Of a stretch of 64,000 bases of DNA, positions 59,248-64,000 are shown in pieces. The stretch lies in IMG/VR virus record IMGVR_UViG_3300042971_000032; one strand, written 5' to 3'. Each line of letters begins with the position of its first letter. Position 1 is the stretch's first letter. This DNA is from a virus. The notes under the pieces were generated by a model. That model was not told the DNA's origin. It did no database searches and was given only the letters and a program-made list of their open reading frames with translations. A program made the position numbers and the translations under genes.

Positions 59248-59526
59248 ATGGAAGCAACGTTAGATAAGAACACTTTTACGGATGACGCTAAGGTGATGTC
59301 GAAAGGGCAGGTGACGATACCCAAAGATGTCAGAGAGGTCCTTGGCGTTGGTAACGGAGACCGTGTGACATTTGTGGTTGATCACGGAAAGGTCACTGTT
59401 GTGAACTCAGCTGTTTTTGCAATGAAATACTTGCAGGATCAGCTAAAAGGTGAGGCTGAAAGGCTGGGGCTTGAATCAGAGCAGGATGTTAACGATCTGA
59501 TGAAATCTATCAGAGATGAGGACTGA
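59248..59526 (+). CDS. AbrB/MazE-family antitoxin
   Basis: MSKGQVTIPKDVREVLGV..GDRV AbrB fold; acidic tail. Confidence 0.88.
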   Translation: MEATLDKNTFTDDAKVMSKGQVTIPKDVREVLGVGNGDRVTFVVDHGKVTVVNSAVFAMKYLQDQLKGEAERLGLESEQDVNDLMKSIRDED

Positions 59527-59528
59527 GA

Positions 59529-59927
59529 ATGAAGGTATTTATTGACAGCAACGTCCTGTTCTCAGCCGCGCTTTTTCCCGGAAGCGCACCTGCAAGAGCT
59601 CTTTACAAAGCAGTAACAGAACCCAATGATGCGATTGTGTGCGAGATTAATATTGATGAGCTGAAGAAAGTATTTAAGAGGAAAATGCCGGAGAAGATAT
59701 CCGTGCTAAATACATTCCTATCTATGCTTATGACATCCGTCACAATCGTAAAGGTTCCAGAATTAGAAATAGCAGACGAGCAGAGAATCCGGGATGAAAA
59801 GGACCGTCCAATCTTCAGGGCGGCAGTTGCATCAGGCGCAGATGTGATCCTGACTGGAGATAAAGACTTTCTTGAGTCGGGAATTACAGATCCCAGAATT
59901 GTTTCCCCGGGAGATTTTCTGAAATGA
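59529..59927 (+). CDS. PIN-domain toxin (VapC-like)
   Basis: VFIDSNVLFSA, RDEKD, ILTGDKDFL PIN motifs. Confidence 0.88.
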   Translation: MKVFIDSNVLFSAALFPGSAPARALYKAVTEPNDAIVCEINIDELKKVFKRKMPEKISVLNTFLSMLMTSVTIVKVPELEIADEQRIRDEKDRPIFRAAVASGADVILTGDKDFLESGITDPRIVSPGDFLK

Positions 59928-59998
59928 AGCAAATAAATTGTGTGGAGCATCGGTGAAGAGCCGGTGCTTTCTTTTTGCCATGAAGGGAGGAGCAGGCT

Positions 59999-62650
59999 AT
60001 GGCAGATCGCATTAAAGGAATCACAATCGAGCTGGATGGCGATACGACCAAGCTCTCCAATGCCCTGAAAGGTGTAAACAAGGAAATCCGGGATACCCAG
60101 AGTAACCTCAAGGATGTAAACAAGCTCCTGAAGATGGACCCCGGCAATGCGGATCTTCTCGCACAGAAACAGAAGTATCTCACGGATGCCATTGACGCGA
60201 CGAAGAAGAAGCTGGCCGAGGAGAAGGAAGCTCTCACACAGCTTAAAGCTGGTCCTCAGACCGAGGAGACGCAGAAACAGCAGGAAGCACTGACCCGGGA
60301 GATCGAAGCCACCAAGCAGTCCCTCGAAGGACTGGAAGACGAGTATAAGAAGTTTGGTTCCGTTGCCGGACAGCAACTTCAGGTTGCCGGTGACAAGATG
60401 AAAGAGGTCGGCGGCAAGATCAGTGACGTCGGAGGTGGACTCACCAAGGGCATCACCGTTCCGGTCGCTGCCGCTGCCGGTGCATCGGTTGCCGCATGGA
60501 AAGAAGTCGATGAGGCGCTAGATACTGTCACGGAAAAGACAGGAGCTTCTGGTGCTGCCCTTGAGGATATGCAGAAGAGGGCAAAGTCCATCGCAGAGAC
60601 GATCCCGACCGACTTCCAGACCGCAGGCGATGCCATCGGCGAGGTGAACACGAGATTTGGACTCACCGGGGATGCCCTCGAAGATCTCTCTACAAAGTTC
60701 GTGGAGTTTGCGACCCTCAACAGCACGGACGTCAGTACGTCTGTGGATAACGTATCGTCAGTTCTGAACGCATTCGGTCAGTCTTCAGATGATGCGGGGA
60801 ACCTGCTCGATGCTTTAAATCAGGTCGGACAGGCAACCGGTGTGTCAATGGATACGCTCTCGCAGGACCTTTCCAAGAACGCCGGACAGTTTCAGGCGAT
60901 GGGTCTTACTGCAGAGCAGGCGGCAGGCTTCATGGGCGCGGTCGAGATGTCGGGTCTTGATACCTCGACCATGCTCACTGGACTTACCAAAGCGCAAAAA
61001 GTTGCGACAAAGAATGGTCAGAGTCTTGATGATGCCCTGAAGGACTTCTCCAAGACGATGAACAGCAACCAGAGCGACACCGAGAAATTGCAGGCGGCAT
61101 ACGACCTGTTCGGTTCCCGTGCTGGTGGTGCAATCTACAATGCGGTCAAGAGTGGTAAGCTGTCGCTCGATGACCTCTCGACCACGCTCGGAGATTTCTC
61201 CGGATCCGTGGAGAACACGTTCAACGAGACACTGGATCCGCTCGATCAGATGACGGTTGTGATGAACAATCTGAAAGACCTCGGAGCGGAGGTCGTGGAT
61301 GCATCCGCACCGATGATCACAGAGGCCATGACGCAGATCAAGGATGTGGTCACGGGGCTGAAAGACGCATGGGATGGTCTTTCTCCCGGTATGCAGGAAG
61401 CGATCGTCAAGGCAGCTCTGATTGCCGCTGCGGTCGGACCTGTTCTTGTGGGGATCGGCAAGGTCGTCACTGCAGTCGGGTCTGTGACCAGTATCGTCGG
61501 AAAGCTCGTCGGCTTTATCTCCGGCACTGTGATTCCTGCCATCGGAGCAGTATCCGTACCAATCCTTCCGATCATCGCTATCATCGCGGCTGTTGTGGCT
61601 GCTGTGGTTGCGGTCATTGAGATCGTGAAGCACTGGGGAGAAATCTCAGAGTGGTTTGGCGTTGTGTGGTCCACAGTCTGTGATGGCGTGAAGACGGTCG
61701 GCAGTGCGCTCGGAGACTTTTTCTCAGGCCTCTGGGACGGAATCAAATCCACCACGGAATCAGTCTGGAACGGGATCAGCAGTTTCTTTTCTGGACTGTG
61801 GAGTGGTATAAGCACTACAGCAACAACGGTATTCACGGGTATCTCTGATTTCCTTGGAAATACATGGTCGGCGATAAAATCGGCTGCATCAACAGCATGG
61901 AGTGGGATTACCTCTACGCTCTCTGGAGCGTGGGACGGTATCAAAACTACTGCGAGCACAGCGTTTGAGAACGTCAAGACGACCATTGGAACAGCGTGGG
62001 ATACGGTAAAGACCAAAACCGGTACCACGTGGGATGCCATTCAGTCCTCCATTGAAACACATGGTGGTGGCATCAAAGGCATCATCGGAACGGCGGTCGA
62101 CGGATACAAGTCTATCTGGGAGACAGGCTTCTCGAAGATTAATGAGCTGACCGGTGGAAAACTTGGCGATGCTCTTTCTTCCGCACAGGAAAAACTTAGC
62201 GAGATCAAGGGAGCATTCTCCTCGATGATTGAGAATGCGAAGAGCATTGTGAGTGGTGGCCTTGATAAGATCAAAGGCTTTTTCTCCGGATGCCACCTGG
62301 AATTTCCGAAGATCAAGCTCCCGCATTTCTCCATTAGTGGCAAGCTCTCTATTGATCCTCCGTCCGTTCCGCACCTGTCGGTTGATTGGTACCGGAAGGC
62401 TATGGATGATGCATATATCCTGAACAGTCCAACCATTTTTGGCGCTGCAGGAGGAAGGCTGCTTGGCGGAGGTGAAGCTGGATCCGAGGCAGTTGTTGGT
62501 ACCGATAAACTGGCTGAGATCGTTCAAACCGCGCTTGCCGGAGCCAGTGGAGGGGATATTGTGATCCCTGTGTACATTGGGAATGAGCGTATTGATGAGC
62601 TGGTTGTTAAGGCACAGCAGCGGGTGAATTACCGTTCGGGAGGCAGATAA
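59999..62650 (+). CDS. Tail tape measure protein
   Basis: MADRIKGITIELDGDT start; 883 aa helical protein with W-rich repeats. Confidence 0.95.
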   Translation: MADRIKGITIELDGDTTKLSNALKGVNKEIRDTQSNLKDVNKLLKMDPGNADLLAQKQKYLTDAIDATKKKLAEEKEALTQLKAGPQTEETQKQQEALTREIEATKQSLEGLEDEYKKFGSVAGQQLQVAGDKMKEVGGKISDVGGGLTKGITVPVAAAAGASVAAWKEVDEALDTVTEKTGASGAALEDMQKRAKSIAETIPTDFQTAGDAIGEVNTRFGLTGDALEDLSTKFVEFATLNSTDVSTSVDNVSSVLNAFGQSSDDAGNLLDALNQVGQATGVSMDTLSQDLSKNAGQFQAMGLTAEQAAGFMGAVEMSGLDTSTMLTGLTKAQKVATKNGQSLDDALKDFSKTMNSNQSDTEKLQAAYDLFGSRAGGAIYNAVKSGKLSLDDLSTTLGDFSGSVENTFNETLDPLDQMTVVMNNLKDLGAEVVDASAPMITEAMTQIKDVVTGLKDAWDGLSPGMQEAIVKAALIAAAVGPVLVGIGKVVTAVGSVTSIVGKLVGFISGTVIPAIGAVSVPILPIIAIIAAVVAAVVAVIEIVKHWGEISEWFGVVWSTVCDGVKTVGSALGDFFSGLWDGIKSTTESVWNGISSFFSGLWSGISTTATTVFTGISDFLGNTWSAIKSAASTAWSGITSTLSGAWDGIKTTASTAFENVKTTIGTAWDTVKTKTGTTWDAIQSSIETHGGGIKGIIGTAVDGYKSIWETGFSKINELTGGKLGDALSSAQEKLSEIKGAFSSMIENAKSIVSGGLDKIKGFFSGCHLEFPKIKLPHFSISGKLSIDPPSVPHLSVDWYRKAMDDAYILNSPTIFGAAGGRLLGGGEAGSEAVVGTDKLAEIVQTALAGASGGDIVIPVYIGNERIDELVVKAQQRVNYRSGGR

Positions 62651-63018
62651 TGCTGAAAGACTACCCGATCTACTTCGATGACGTTAAGCTCTTCACTCCA
62701 TCGAAGTGGGAAGAAGAAAATAGCGTGGTGGAGAGCGTAAATCAAACTGAGGCAGGAACGGATCAAGTCATTGTCATTCGAAATGATAAGTTGTCCGTCT
62801 CTGCCTCTTTTCAGTGCTCTGCAGTGTGGGCTGCAAAGTTTGCTGCATTCCGGGACAAGGACAGCATTGCCGTAAAACTCTACGATGTGAAAACACAGGA
62901 TTATAAGACGCGGCAAATGAGAATGCGGAACTTTAAGCCAGGGCTGGAAGAACACTCTGAGAAGACAAAAGGGACAAACGGTTTATACACTGTGTCCTTT
63001 GATCTTGAGGAATTCTAA
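62650..63018 (+). CDS. Tail protein following tape measure (distal-tail-like)
   Basis: Paralogue of 2072-2443. Confidence 0.7.
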   Translation: MLKDYPIYFDDVKLFTPSKWEEENSVVESVNQTEAGTDQVIVIRNDKLSVSASFQCSAVWAAKFAAFRDKDSIAVKLYDVKTQDYKTRQMRMRNFKPGLEEHSEKTKGTNGLYTVSFDLEEF

Positions 63019-63033
63019 AGAAAGGGGAGCAGG

Positions 63034-64000
63034 ATGTATAAGGTATCGGATGCCTATCTGAAAGCAAGAAAAAGTCCCGTGCAGAGATACCGGATGCGTG
63101 GAACCATCAACGGATCGGTTTTCACTGATCAGAACATCCTCTCTGGCTCCTTTTCTATATCCAACCAGTGTTCGGATGAAACACAGGTTTTAATTGGACA
63201 GGTGTATATTGCCGAGCTCAGGGTGACGCTTATCGGTTTTGATGCTGAGAGATATTCGCTAAAGAATGGAAAGCTTATTCCTGTCTTTGGTATGAAGATC
63301 GAAGATGGCACTTTTGAAGAGGTGCCGCTTGGTGTTTATACCGTGTCCGATGCACAGTGGGGAACCAGTGGCATTGCCATCACGGCATATGACAACATGT
63401 CCCTTCTGGACCGGACCTTTTCCGCAGAAAAGCTGACGGGAACACCCTACGAAATTCTGTCACTTGCCTGCTCGAACTGCGGCATGACCATGGGAATGAG
63501 CGAAGCGCAGGTGCAGAACCTACCCAATGGAAGAACTGAGTTCTCGATGGCAGCGGACAATGATATCACCACATGGCGTGATGTGGTTTCATGGATTGCA
63601 CAGACCTGCGCCTGCAATGCATTTGCTGACAGGCAGGGCTGCCTTGTTCTTCGATGCTACAACCAGAACGTCATGGATACGATTGACGACAGTCACCGAC
63701 TTTCCGGTTGTACCTTCGGAGACTATGAGACGAGATACACCGGTCTTTCCGTTGTGAATCAGGCTGAAGAGAAAACCAATTACTACGGCGCGGATAAGGA
63801 CGATGGCCTTACCTATGATCTAGGCAGCAATCCATTCCTGCAGAACGATCAGATTCGTGATAGCTGTTGCGCGGCGATACTGTCTGCACTTTCGAAGATT
63901 CAATACGTGCCATTCAAGGTAACGATGATCGGTGATCCAGCTTTTGATCTGATGGACGTACTTCAATTTACTGACGGGGTGGCAGATGGAAACAAGATCT
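63034..64000 (+). CDS. Minor tail / baseplate hub-like protein (3' partial; not in ORF track)
   Basis: MYKVSDAYLKARKSPVQ... aligns with the N-terminus of 2478-4574 and runs off the window end. Confidence 0.8.
   Translation, partial: MYKVSDAYLKARKSPVQRYRMRGTINGSVFTDQNILSGSFSISNQCSDETQVLIGQVYIAELRVTLIGFDAERYSLKNGKLIPVFGMKIEDGTFEEVPLGVYTVSDAQWGTSGIAITAYDNMSLLDRTFSAEKLTGTPYEILSLACSNCGMTMGMSEAQVQNLPNGRTEFSMAADNDITTWRDVVSWIAQTCACNAFADRQGCLVLRCYNQNVMDTIDDSHRLSGCTFGDYETRYTGLSVVNQAEEKTNYYGADKDDGLTYDLGSNPFLQNDQIRDSCCAAILSALSKIQYVPFKVTMIGDPAFDLMDVLQFTDGVADGNKI

Overview
Firmicute (Clostridia-like) locus holding two related siphovirus-type prophages in tandem, separated by a duplicated type IV pilin array. 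Positions 1-13147 are the right arm of prophage 1: tape measure, tail, holins, GH25-LysM endolysin and two large serine recombinases. It ends at a junction inside a pilin gene. Positions 13146-20345 are two near-identical 3599-bp copies of a six-pilin block, followed by a unique two-domain pilin (20275-21135). From about 20.3-21.5 kb to the window end lies prophage 2: type I R-M cargo, a frameshifted nuclease, LexA, a DUF2800/DUF2815/PolA/VirE/SNF2 replication module, cos/HNH, a methylase-amidoligase block, HK97-like head genes, tail genes, an AbrB-PIN toxin-antitoxin moron and a second tape measure gene. The main observation is that three junctions (13146-7, 16745-6, 20344-5) switch partners at the same GG dinucleotide in the Gly codon of the pilin IIGVL helix. 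They give phage|bodyA, leader|bodyA and leader|bodyB. This suggests a serine-recombinase attachment site inside the major pilin gene that swaps the pilin's globular domain. Several precisely spaced bipartite regulatory motifs are shared between the two prophages. All product calls come from motif recognition and gene order; no database searches were run.
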